Part shown: piece by piece, positions 19,727-29,131 of the stretch
How the letters are laid out: every line of letters starts with the position of its first letter
Numbering within the stretch: the stretch's first letter is position 1
NCBI GenBank assembly: GCA_046761065.1
Contig: JBHIFL010000034.1
Location: forward strand, 1 to 45,561
Direction: 5' to 3'
Length of the DNA: 45,561 nucleotides
DNA from: Candidatus Heimdallarchaeota archaeon
Lineage (GTDB): Archaea; Asgardarchaeota; Wukongarchaeia; Wukongarchaeales; JBHIFL01
The notes under the pieces: generated by a model
What the model saw: the letters and a program-made list of their open reading frames with translations, nothing else
Told to the model about the DNA's origin: nothing
Databases searched by the model: none
Program-made: the position numbers and the translations under genes

Positions 19727-19838
19727 GAGGTGATCTCAGAAAGCGTAAAGGAAGATATAAAAAACACTTCTTTGGCGGATAGACATGTTCCTTTGTTTAG
19801 TTAATCCCAGCAATGAAATAATCTGATAAACGAGGTAT

Positions 19839-20252
19839 GTGGTTTTGAATGAGAAGGATTCCCCTCAACCAAAAAGTAATGATGAAGAGGGGACAATAGA
19901 GGAATACTCCTCTGACTTGGACGAATTACCAGACACCGTCTATGTTCCCTTGGGGCGTCGAGGAATGGAATCCGTCCCACTCAAGATATGCTCGGATTGT
20001 TCAAAGGAGAACCTTACCTTAATTCAAAAAAAAATAACTAGAACGGCAGCAAAGCAAGGTATTCCAAGAAAGGACATGTCTCTTGCGGAGAGAGAAATTG
20101 TCGATTATAAAGTCCGCTGTCAAGAGTGTGGCAACCAATTCATAATCCGTCTGACGCGTCTATATTTCAAGGAAGAGCCAGTTCAGACCATCGTGTCTAT
20201 TCAGTCTAAAGTGGGGAAACCTGAACTGTGGTTGGGAACTCTACCCTTATAG
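19839..20252 (+). CDS. Hypothetical zinc-ribbon protein
   Basis: CSDC and CQEC pairs; GAGGT before the start. Confidence 0.8.
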   Translation: MVLNEKDSPQPKSNDEEGTIEEYSSDLDELPDTVYVPLGRRGMESVPLKICSDCSKENLTLIQKKITRTAAKQGIPRKDMSLAEREIVDYKVRCQECGNQFIIRLTRLYFKEEPVQTIVSIQSKVGKPELWLGTLPL

Positions 20253-20418
20253 GATAGATGGGATAATAATGATCAGGAGCAAGTTGAGCAAGATCTCCGG
20301 CTTTATAATGAAGTTCGGATTGATTCGGCAAATTATTTTATATTTGATAAACTAGTTATAGAGCACCAATGACTAATGATCCAAAAAGACCCAATCCAAT
20401 TAAGATAGAGGCTTAATC

Positions 20419-21072
20419 ATGTCCTTTAAAGAAATTGGCAAATCTGTTAAGATTGATTCGGATCTTATTTATAAAACGTTTCCTAAACACGTTTTAGAAG
20501 CCTGTAAAGTATTACATAAAACGATTAAAGCTTTTGTTGCAGGTAACGCAGAGAAAGTAAGACAATACGCTAATGATGTCATTAAACGCGAGGTAGAGAT
20601 CGATGAACTCAAGGATCATATTATGATGTCACTCGCTACAGTTCGGTCGCTACCATATATGGCTATAGACCAATATTCGTTAATTAACAATATAGACGAC
20701 ATTGTTGATCGAGCAGAAATTTCAGCACGTCTTATGCGGACTCATATGCCTCCTGTACCAGCAGAACTTCAAAACAAATTCCTTCAGCTCTCAGAACACA
20801 TGATTGAAACGACAGAATTACTTGCTGAAGCAATAGAAGAGCTTCTTGAGGATTATGATGAGGCGTGGGAAAAAGCAAGAGCCTGCGAAAAGGCAAGAAC
20901 GGCGGCAGTCCATCTACATTATGAGATAATTGAAGATGCCTATCAAGAAGAGCTAAGAGGCCGTGATGTGAACTTCATTGTGAAATTAACACGTAGAATT
21001 GCGCTGATTGCTGATAAAGCGGAGGAAACGGCAGACCTTGTTCGTCTTCTTGTAATCAAATATCGCGTCTAA
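20419..21072 (+). CDS. DUF47/PhoU-like phosphate transport regulator
   Basis: Two helical repeats (REVEIDELK...DDIVDRAE; IADKAEETAD), adjacent to PiT. Confidence 0.9.
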   Translation: MSFKEIGKSVKIDSDLIYKTFPKHVLEACKVLHKTIKAFVAGNAEKVRQYANDVIKREVEIDELKDHIMMSLATVRSLPYMAIDQYSLINNIDDIVDRAEISARLMRTHMPPVPAELQNKFLQLSEHMIETTELLAEAIEELLEDYDEAWEKARACEKARTAAVHLHYEIIEDAYQEELRGRDVNFIVKLTRRIALIADKAEETADLVRLLVIKYRV

Positions 21073-21106
21073 TACCACGCCTAATTAAATAAAGGAGGGT
21101 TCTATT

Positions 21107-22087
21107 ATGGTTTTATTGATTTGGCTCGTTATTCTCATTGCGTTTATTGTTGCATTCGCGATCGGAGCGAATGATGAATCGCAAGCTCCAACAGTAGGCT
21201 GTGGTGCACTATCACTGACGACTGCGGTAATGTTAGGGGCGATGCTCAGTGCATTTGGTGCCATCTTCTTTGGCGGATCAGTTGCAACAACAATAGGGAA
21301 GAACATGGTTGAGGAGGAATTTCACAGTAGTTTTACAATGGAACTAGTTTTAATCGTACTAATTTCGATTTCAGTGTGGCTGATCTTAGCTAGTTGGTTT
21401 GGTACTCCTTTGAGCACGACGCAAGCTGTTGTTGGAGCGATGCTAGGTATTGGGATTTGGCAGCTTGGGGGATTACACACTATCAACTGGCCTACTCTGT
21501 TTCGGATTTTACTTTCTTGGGCGATTTCACCCATTATTGGGTTTGTAATTGCCTTTCTCTCGTATAAAGGGATATCTCGTTACCTTTTATCGAGAGCTAA
21601 GGGACTTCGGGAGCGAGAACGGTTTGAAGGATGGCTTGCAAAGGGAACATTTGTCGTGGTTATAGTGACTTCTATTTCTCGTGGTGGGAATGATGTAGCT
21701 AATGCAACAGCGCCACTATTCCAGGCTGGTCCCGAGCTTGCGGGAACTGCATTAATACTTGGGGGGATAGGAATGGGCACTGGTTTACTCGTAGTGGGAA
21801 GGAGGGTTGTACGAGAATTGGGGCAAAATCTCACGAACCTGTCTCCCTCTACTGCATTTTCGTCATCTGTTTCAACCGCGTTAATTATGTTTTTCGGCAC
21901 GAGAGCCGGCTTGCCACTCTCAGGAACCCATGTATTGGTATTGTCGTTTGTGGGAGTCAGTGTTGCAGCACGAGAAAAAATTAAACTAGAAACATTACGC
22001 GCAATTCTCTTATCTTGGGGGTTAACTGTCCCGGCATGTGCAATTCTTGCAGGACTTTTCGCAAAGGCTTATTTTCTGTTGGTTTAA
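21107..22087 (+). CDS. pit: PiT-family inorganic phosphate transporter
   Basis: GANDE, PLSTTQ, GGNDVANA, PLSGTH. Confidence 0.93.
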   Translation: MVLLIWLVILIAFIVAFAIGANDESQAPTVGCGALSLTTAVMLGAMLSAFGAIFFGGSVATTIGKNMVEEEFHSSFTMELVLIVLISISVWLILASWFGTPLSTTQAVVGAMLGIGIWQLGGLHTINWPTLFRILLSWAISPIIGFVIAFLSYKGISRYLLSRAKGLRERERFEGWLAKGTFVVVIVTSISRGGNDVANATAPLFQAGPELAGTALILGGIGMGTGLLVVGRRVVRELGQNLTNLSPSTAFSSSVSTALIMFFGTRAGLPLSGTHVLVLSFVGVSVAAREKIKLETLRAILLSWGLTVPACAILAGLFAKAYFLLV

Positions 22088-22249
22088 GCAGGTTTTCAGT
22101 TTTTATGAACATTTGTACTTATATTACATTAATTGAATGAAAATTGTTGAAGCGTATATTTCCATAAAGGTTGTTCATTAAAGAGATAAAGTGTCACAAA
22201 GACAATAAAGAAGTCGAGAGAATTTTGACATCCAGAGAGTGAGCTTTTT

Positions 22250-23005
22250 ATGAAGTTAATAGACTCTCATGCTCATTTAACTCCGAAATGGTTCAAAGAC
22301 CCATTGAAGATTATTGAGGAATCTAAGAAGTCTTTAGCTGGAATTGTTGTGATTGGGCTGGACCCAGATGAGTATCAATATCTTATTGATCTTGTTGCAG
22401 CGGAACCAACATTTATCAGGATTGCCCTTGGAATTTCTCCTACGTACGTTCATAAAATAAAAGTAGAGAAGGCTTTTCAAGAAATAGAAGAAAAAATTCA
22501 GAAAGTTCATGCGGTAGGAGAAATAGGTCTAGATTACTACCGTGTAAGAGATAAAGCATTACATGAACAACAAGAACAGCTCTTCCTCCGAGGGATTCAA
22601 CTAGCCAATGCGCAGAATCAACCACTCGTGATCCACTCAAGAGGCGCTGAAGCCAAGGTGGTGCAACTCCTCTCGCGATATGCCGAAACGATGGTCGTAT
22701 TACATTGTTTTGGGGGAGTAAATCAAGTCTCCCTCGCTTGTGCAAACGGCTTTTTTATTTCCATTCCAACTGCTGTTACTTATCGTCAGGAGTTTAGAGA
22801 GGTAGCGATGAAAGTTTCTCTTGACCATCTTCTAATCGAAACCGATAGTCCTTTTCTTTCACCTATCCGAGGGCGGAAGAAAAACACCCCAAAGAATGTC
22901 AAGTATGCTGCAAGAGAGATTGCAAGACTACGGGAGCTTTCACTGGCAGACATCGCGAATGTCACAACGAAAAATGCTCAAACTCTCTTTTGGAGGACAT
23001 TCTAG
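22250..23005 (+). CDS. tatD: TatD-family nuclease
   Basis: DSHAH, VGEIGLDYY, IHSR, LHCF, ETDSP. Confidence 0.95.
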   Translation: MKLIDSHAHLTPKWFKDPLKIIEESKKSLAGIVVIGLDPDEYQYLIDLVAAEPTFIRIALGISPTYVHKIKVEKAFQEIEEKIQKVHAVGEIGLDYYRVRDKALHEQQEQLFLRGIQLANAQNQPLVIHSRGAEAKVVQLLSRYAETMVVLHCFGGVNQVSLACANGFFISIPTAVTYRQEFREVAMKVSLDHLLIETDSPFLSPIRGRKKNTPKNVKYAAREIARLRELSLADIANVTTKNAQTLFWRTF

Positions 23006-23083
23006 TAAGAGATGACACAATTTTATCTTATTAGACCTTTAAAAACTCATTTTTAAATCCTTTATCAATACTCCAAACTATTT

Positions 23084-23370
23084 GAATTCGCCCATTCCGG
23101 TCCGGATTCGCCTGAAACACCGGTGTTTCTGGATTTTTTAGCAAGGTTTAAAGATTTTCCATCACTGAATTTGCGAAGGAATCCCCGTCTCACGAAAGTT
23201 CCTCACCCCTTTTTAAACTCCTCGTGAGTTGGGGAAGGGTCGCGCCTTCGGGTGCGACCCAAGGAGGTCGGAACGGACTTCCTAATCCTACAAGTGAACG
23301 AGCTCCATTTTCGGCACCCTCTATTTTGGAGGGATTAAAAAATTGTTCCACGGGCTCTCCGAGCGAATTC
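23084..23370 (+). ncRNA. Candidate 287-nt structured non-coding RNA of unknown family
   Basis: Ends pair (GAATTCGC/GCGAATTC), four internal helical domains, a cUUCGg tetraloop on a 10-bp stem, upstream TTTTAAAT, and no ORF. Confidence 0.65.
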
Positions 23371-23569
23371 GTATTTTAACCGGAGTTTATAAAGAGTTTT
23401 TATATTTGGTGTCAAACAACTTTTATAATCGCTACCTCAATGCGATACTATAAAATTATCTAGTAAATGAGGGAAGCAACTGATTCAATTTCAATAGAGG
23501 TGTGAAAATAATAGGCAATTCCACAGCAATTTCTAAGGTTAAAGCAATTTACTTTCTAACAGCGATGTT

Positions 23570-24340
23570 TTATATTGGTCTACCGACAGAAATGATATAG
23601 AGTGGTTTTTCCTTACCCGGTAACTTCAGCAATCGTTGAATCCAATCGTCATAGAATGCGCCTATAACTACAGCTCCTAGTTCCAGACTCTCCGCTTGAA
23701 GGTAAATATTTTCTCCCACGTGGCCAACTTCCATATGGACGTATTGTTTTCCCCTCTCCCCGTATCTCTCGGTTGTCCTTTCGTATATGGCGGTTAAGAT
23801 GATGTTTATTGAAGCTTTTCTGACCCATTCTTGACTCACCGCTGCGGAACTAAGTTCTTCTGATAAATCACCCTCAATGTACTTCTCTAAGACGTGTTCA
23901 TAGAGATTGTAATGATACAACCCCTCACTCAATTCCTCAACTCCACCTTTTCTTATGACAACGTAAACTTCTAGGGGATAAGTTGCACCTGCTGATGGAG
24001 CGGTTCTAAACTTATTTACAGGCTCGGTGATCCCCTGAGCTGCCCAAAGCAGGTTGGACAGTTCTTCGAGTTTGATGGGTTCGTTCAGATAATCTCTTCG
24101 CGACCTCCGCCTAGCAATCGCCTCTTCGACGCTCAGCTCACCCTTAAGCTTCGGTGACGGTAACTTAACCCTATCTATAATCACCTTGACTCCACCTCTC
24201 AGCTTGATTTCAGAAACAAATCTTTCTAACTGTGGTTCCCCAAATAGAATTGCGGCAATGGATACCAATCCGGCAAATGCTGTTAGGAGTGCAAACTTAA
24301 GAAAATCCCGTCTTCCACTTTTCAACGTGCTTTCCTCCAA
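23570..24340 (-). CDS. SagB/ThcOx-family nitroreductase-like protein with Tat signal
   Basis: SGRRDFLK + TM, RRRSRRDY, RTAPSAGATYPLE, GHVGENIYL, IGAFYD. Confidence 0.92.
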   Translation of the reverse strand: MEESTLKSGRRDFLKFALLTAFAGLVSIAAILFGEPQLERFVSEIKLRGGVKVIIDRVKLPSPKLKGELSVEEAIARRRSRRDYLNEPIKLEELSNLLWAAQGITEPVNKFRTAPSAGATYPLEVYVVIRKGGVEELSEGLYHYNLYEHVLEKYIEGDLSEELSSAAVSQEWVRKASINIILTAIYERTTERYGERGKQYVHMEVGHVGENIYLQAESLELGAVVIGAFYDDWIQRLLKLPGKEKPLYIISVGRPI

Positions 24341-25119
24341 TTAAAGAAATGGGATTTAACCTCTATCGCTGATGGTCCGCATGCATGAGCACAATCTAGA
24401 CACCTAATGCAATCCACGCTCTTCAAACCATTCCGTAGGGGTTCTAGATCCATTTGGCATACCAAGGAACACCGTTTGTGCCCTTCACATTTATCTCGGT
24501 TAACTCTCAATCCAATCAGGCTTACCTTGTTGAAAGGGCCTAAAATGGTCCCAAGTGGGCAGATCTTGCACCAAGATCTCCGCATAAATATGGATAGACC
24601 CAAGAAAAATGTGAAGGTAAATACTCTGAGAACCCAGAAGATCCACGGAACTGTTAAGATAGTTGAAGTCAGAGTTACACCGACAATGTAGATTGGGTCA
24701 AGAATAAAGGATAGGTCAAATAGCGGTGAGAAAAATCCCAATAAGATCGGATAAGCAAGGCCATAGGCAATTAAGAAAGCGAAGAACCCAAAGAAAACCT
24801 TAATGATCCTTAAATCTTTCCGAAGTGGATTGATCCCTTCTAGCTTTCTGGCACAAGTGGAACCAATTTCTTGAAGTGCGCCGTAAGGACAAGTCCATGA
24901 ACAAAAGGCTTTTCCAACCAGAAGTCCACTTACCAGAAAATTAACTAAGAGAATTCTTCTAATCGGCGTTGTTTTGGGGTTCATTAAGCAGGAGAATATC
25001 GGGCATTCGCCGCAAACAATCCAAGGCAAGGGGAAGGGACAAAGGTACAATGATTGAAGGAATGGGAAAAGTAAGATGCTAGGCGCGATAAATCGGCCTA
25101 GTTTTTGTTTAGAATTCAT
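24322..25119 (-). CDS. NapH-like 4Fe-4S membrane protein
   Basis: FCSWTCPYG, WCKICPLG, CEGHKRCSLVC, CIRCLDCAHAC. Confidence 0.9.
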   Translation of the reverse strand: MNSKQKLGRFIAPSILLFPFLQSLYLCPFPLPWIVCGECPIFSCLMNPKTTPIRRILLVNFLVSGLLVGKAFCSWTCPYGALQEIGSTCARKLEGINPLRKDLRIIKVFFGFFAFLIAYGLAYPILLGFFSPLFDLSFILDPIYIVGVTLTSTILTVPWIFWVLRVFTFTFFLGLSIFMRRSWCKICPLGTILGPFNKVSLIGLRVNRDKCEGHKRCSLVCQMDLEPLRNGLKSVDCIRCLDCAHACGPSAIEVKSHFFNWRKAR

Positions 25120-25321
25120 CTTACTTAGCTCACTTTCAAAATTAAATATATCCTATTTTTACATTAAAAGGTACCCCCTCTTATCACAAAACTTTTTCTA
25201 ATGATCTGACTATTTTTGATTTTATTACTCCGAACACCAGATCAGTAGGAGAAATTCATGGGATTCCACCTCACAAAAAGATAAATCTGAATAAGGGACA
25301 AGCTGATGACGAGGCTCTATC

Positions 25322-26422
25322 ATGTTTAAAAGTAGATTATTTGCTGAAAATCGGAAGAAACTCACAAATTTATTGAGGGAGGAAAATATTTCCTCCTTGA
25401 TATTGATTCCAGGGCCCAATTTATATTATGCGACCGGTCTCCAAGTGGATCCCAGCGAACGGCTCATCACTGCCATCATCCCTATTGAGCAGGACCCCAT
25501 TGTTGTCTGCCCGAGCTTTGAAGAAGAACGTATTCGAAGATCCACCTCTATTACAGATATCCGAACGTGGGAAGAAGATGATGATCCGTTCGAACTTGCG
25601 GGAAAATGTTTAGCAGATCTTGAACTGACCTCTTCTCCCATTGGCCTCGACCCAAAGTTTTGGTTTGAATTCTATTCTCGACTCGCAGCCGTCTTACCTC
25701 AAACCCAATTCGTTAACGGCAGCTCAATAATGGAAAAGGCCCGTATCACCAAATCTCAAGATGAACTCACTTTCATGCGGCAAGCGAGCTCTCTCACGGC
25801 TGAAGGAATTGTTAAAAGTATTGATCAGGTTTCAGTTGGAATGACAGAGTCAGAAGTGGGACGAATCATTTCAGAAAATCTGTTTAAGCTATCCAGAGAG
25901 CCAGTACCAGCCTTCTGTTTAGTGCAATCAGGGCCAAATTCTGCCATCCCTCATGGCTCCGCCTCAGATCGCACCATAGAAAAAAATGATATCCTACTTA
26001 TCGATGCTGGAACAACCGTCGCGGGTTATCATGGAGATATTACAATTACAACCGTAATCGGTGACCCTTCTGAGAAGTTTAAACAGATCTATGACCTCGT
26101 TCTTCAAGCTAATCGCGCAGCTTTCGAAAAGCTGCGTGAGGGGGTACCTTGTGAAGACCTTGACAAAATGGCGCGAGATCTGATTACATCGGAAGGCTTT
26201 GGCGAATATTTCACACATCGTCTCGGGCACGGACTTGGATTAGAAGTTCATGAGCACCCTTACATTGTTAACGGGAATAAAAGGAAGCTCAAAGCGGGTA
26301 TGACCCATACTATTGAACCAGGAATCTATCTACTCGGTAAATTTGGGGTAAGAATTGAGGACAATGTGGTTGTAACCAAAGATGGTGCCCAGTGGCTTTC
26401 CAGTGTTCCCAGAGAGATCTAA
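25322..26422 (+). CDS. pepQ: Xaa-Pro peptidase (M24)
   Basis: IPHG, IDAG..GYHGDIT, HRLGHGLGLEVHE, IEPGIY, VRIED. Confidence 0.93.
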   Translation: MFKSRLFAENRKKLTNLLREENISSLILIPGPNLYYATGLQVDPSERLITAIIPIEQDPIVVCPSFEEERIRRSTSITDIRTWEEDDDPFELAGKCLADLELTSSPIGLDPKFWFEFYSRLAAVLPQTQFVNGSSIMEKARITKSQDELTFMRQASSLTAEGIVKSIDQVSVGMTESEVGRIISENLFKLSREPVPAFCLVQSGPNSAIPHGSASDRTIEKNDILLIDAGTTVAGYHGDITITTVIGDPSEKFKQIYDLVLQANRAAFEKLREGVPCEDLDKMARDLITSEGFGEYFTHRLGHGLGLEVHEHPYIVNGNKRKLKAGMTHTIEPGIYLLGKFGVRIEDNVVVTKDGAQWLSSVPREI

Positions 26423-26605
26423 ATAGAAAGAATAATATTTGAAAAGGAAGAGTTAGCGATTCTTCGACGTGTAAAGGATATTTTGTGGTATCTGAATTTG
26501 ATGGTGTGGAAACGCAGCAGAGTGTTACAGATAGGGATAAGGAATGGATCCTCAGTGAATCATTGTGTAATGCGCATGTTTAAATATATATTGTGAGAGT
26601 TAGTC

Positions 26606-26635
26606 TGTTGTCGCCCGCAGGATGCGGGTGCAACA
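26606..26635 (+). promoter_or_regulatory. 5'-leader hairpin abutting the ribosome-binding site
   Basis: TGTTG(T)CGCCCGCA-GGA-TGCGGGTGCAACA followed directly by AGGAG; TTTAAATA upstream. Confidence 0.55.
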
Positions 26636-26651
26636 AGGAGAAATATAGTAG

Positions 26652-26795
26652 ATGTCTTATAGAGACGTAAGAGAAATGCATAAAGTAACATGTGCCGATT
26701 GTGGCAAAGAAACCGAAGTTCCATTCAAGCCGGATGGCCGGCGACCTGTCTATTGTCGGGATTGTTATCAAAAGCATCGACCAAGACGATTTTAG
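26652..26795 (+). CDS. CxxC-x17-CxxC zinc-ribbon small protein, 47 aa, absent from the ORF track
   Basis: MSYRDVREMHKVTCADCGKETEVPFKPDGRRPVYCRDCYQKHRPRRF. Confidence 0.93.
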   Translation: MSYRDVREMHKVTCADCGKETEVPFKPDGRRPVYCRDCYQKHRPRRF

Positions 26796-26819
26796 TTCGC
26801 AAGAATTAAAATTCCTATG

Positions 26820-26853
26820 AGGTGGAGTTCTCCACCTGATCTTTTCTTTTTTT
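26820..26853 (+). terminator. Hairpin plus T-tract terminator
   Basis: AGGTGGAG-TT-CTCCACCT then CTTTTCTTTTTTT. Confidence 0.6.
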
Positions 26854-27066
26854 AAACTAAAGGGGATAGAGTCAAAATGGTAGAACAACATCATAAAATT
26901 AGTGGAATTTTTTTAACCACTTTTAAAAACTAACTCCACTGAAACCTTACGCTCGTTCTTGTTGGGGATCGCCAATTGGGGCTGATTCCTGCTTCGTGCT
27001 CAGTCGTCAATAGGTTCAAACTGTTTTGGTATTACTCACAAAACAAAACAAGTGCTACTTTTAGTT

Positions 27067-27395
27067 CTGTCGAAATGGCAAATGATTGGTAGTGAATTTA
27101 TTGTTTACGAACTTTCTCGCACTCCGGATCCTGACCGTAGAATGAAAGTATTAATCCTGTCAAGACTTACAACCGAAATAACTAAGATTATTTACAGATA
27201 ATTAACCGCGCTAAAACCTTTCAGGAATATGGAATTAAGTCTATTAATACTTTACATTTAACTTATGCAGAGCAAGGGAAGGTAGATGTATTTCTTACTA
27301 CCGATGATCTATTGCTCATAAAATGCCAGCAAAAGCGAGACGCGATTCATGTAAAAGTAACTAACCCTTTAACATGGCTAATGGAGGTTCTGTAA
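27067..27395 (+). pseudogene. PIN-domain toxin fragment, 5'-truncated and frameshifted
   Basis: WQMIGSE..YELSRTPDPDRR then, in a shifted frame, GIKSINTLHLTYAE..VDVFLTTDD...VTNPLTWL. Confidence 0.8.
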
Positions 27396-27586
27396 TGACA
27401 GTGTTGAGCCCGTATGAAATTCGGATGAAAGGCTTTGAGGCCTTAGCCACCGCCTAAGGTTCTGTAGGGATGATCCAGTTTCTCCAACAATTTGACTTGG
27501 GAGAAGGCGATTACACAAAAGATAGAGGGAAATGGTTAGATCACCTAACCATAAATGATGTCGTTGAACAAATTCAGGAAAACTGA
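27395..27586 (+). pseudogene. Antitoxin-like partner of the PIN gene, one nonsense codon
   Basis: TAATG coupling; EIRMKGFEALATA*GSVGMIQFLQQFDLGEGDYTKDR. Confidence 0.75.
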
Positions 27587-27830
27587 AAAGACTCAGTGTC
27601 AGATTATGCAGTGTTCTTTAGACAAAACGATTCCCTCCCAAGGGAAATCCCTAATAAAAAGACTCTTCCAAGCAAGAGACCCGTATGAAATTCCTTACCC
27701 TGTCGAGAAGGATGATCCCCGGACTCTGGATGAGCCATCCGCTTCGTGGTTAGGTTCGGGCGAAGGACACATCTTCGGCGGGTTGGACACAACCCCCCCT
27801 TTAAAGGACATTTATTCATCAAGGAACTAA

Positions 27831-29120
27831 TCACACTAGCTGGTCGAGGAGCTCAAATAGGTCCATAACTTGGATATCGGACCCCGCCTTCTGCACGGCA
27901 TCCCACAAGTTGTAGTAGCAGAATGAGCAGGTCGTCAGTAGGATATCGGCCCCGGTGGCCTCGGCCTCGTGGACGCGCTCCACCGCCGTGTCCACAGCAA
28001 ATTGGGCGTAGCCAGCCTTAACACCGCCACCAGCGCCACAACAATACGAATTCTCTTTGATACGGTACATCTCGCGGAAGTCCAGCCCTGGGATCTTTGC
28101 AATGATATTGCGGGGATGGTTAAACCATTCAGCCATCGCCTTTTTGATCTTCCGTTGATCTGTCATCCAGTTCTGCGATTCAGTGAGCATATCTTGTTCC
28201 ATGTCGGTCACAATGTGTCGGCCCAAATGGCAGGGGTCATGCCACGTTGCGACTTTATTGAACGGTTTCTCAACCTCGAGTTTCCCAGCTCCCATCAACT
28301 CGTCAAAAAACTCTACCATATGTTTCACTTCAAATGGGAGGGGTTTTCCAGTGATTTTGGGATAATCAACTTTGAACGTTCGATAACAACCTGCACAACT
28401 AAATACAAGAGTTTTGAAGCGGCTAAACAATTCCATATTTGTAGCAATGAGTTCATGCGCTCGATCCATTTGGCCAGTCCTTAATAAAGGTGAAGCACAA
28501 CAGATTTCATCCGATAACACGGTAAAATCGATTCCAGCTTTTTTCATAAGGCTTACTGCTGATTGAGAGACCTTAAATTGTCTGTAGGATGCCGTACAAC
28601 CAACAAAATAGCCGATTTCTGCATCTGCATTATCTTTACATGCATCGATAGGGAGCCACTCAGTTCGCTTTTCATGGGGTTCATTATAAGGATTGTGCTT
28701 TTCGAGCGCCGCATTGCCAAAGAACTCGTGTTTTTCCAGCAGGGGAATACCAGCATCTACAAGGTCGGCTCTGAGGGCCTCAATGATCTCCACAGTAGGG
28801 ATCTTATTTTCGCATTGGATTTGGCAGTTTCCACACACAATGCATGGCATCAGCAGATCTCGGATCTGAATGCCTTCTTGATCTTCTAGCTTCAAATCGC
28901 CCTCTAATACGCCACGTGCGATCCACATTTTACCAGCATTAGCATAAGCATTCCATTCAAAGGTATGTTGAGCAGGGCAGCCATCAACTATACCTTCATA
29001 AAGCTCGCCTTTGTATTCCCCGATTCCTTTCCGATCGGGTTCGCCCGAGTACGCAAAATAGCACGAGCGGCACTGAATACATTGATATATTTCTTTCTTA
29101 TACTTAGCAACTCGACTCAT
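27831..29120 (-). CDS. HdrD/GlcF-like Fe-S oxidoreductase with two CCG domains
   Basis: CIQCRSC, CIVCGNCQIQC, YFVGC, ICCAS, HDPCHLGR, CCGAGGG. Start is ATG 29120 or GTG 29129. Confidence 0.92.
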   Translation of the reverse strand: MSRVAKYKKEIYQCIQCRSCYFAYSGEPDRKGIGEYKGELYEGIVDGCPAQHTFEWNAYANAGKMWIARGVLEGDLKLEDQEGIQIRDLLMPCIVCGNCQIQCENKIPTVEIIEALRADLVDAGIPLLEKHEFFGNAALEKHNPYNEPHEKRTEWLPIDACKDNADAEIGYFVGCTASYRQFKVSQSAVSLMKKAGIDFTVLSDEICCASPLLRTGQMDRAHELIATNMELFSRFKTLVFSCAGCYRTFKVDYPKITGKPLPFEVKHMVEFFDELMGAGKLEVEKPFNKVATWHDPCHLGRHIVTDMEQDMLTESQNWMTDQRKIKKAMAEWFNHPRNIIAKIPGLDFREMYRIKENSYCCGAGGGVKAGYAQFAVDTAVERVHEAEATGADILLTTCSFCYYNLWDAVQKAGSDIQVMDLFELLDQLV

Positions 29121-29131
29121 CGCATACACCT

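Noticed and set aside
23084-23370. Assignment as RNase P or SRP RNA
   Set aside because: GAAAGTTCC and GGAAGTCCG resemble the RNase P P4 region, but the 3' ACAGAA..GGCUUA element and the SRP helix-8 motif are absent. Left unassigned pending a covariance-model search.
23080-23375. MITE interpretation from terminal inverted repeats
   Set aside because: The repeat is only 8-10 bp, the flanking TATT match is weak in AT-rich DNA, there is one copy and no transposase in the window. Not fully excluded.
26580-26894. Minus-strand 104-aa ORF and other short antisense ORFs in the track
   Set aside because: They are shadows of well-supported genes on the opposite strand or in another frame.
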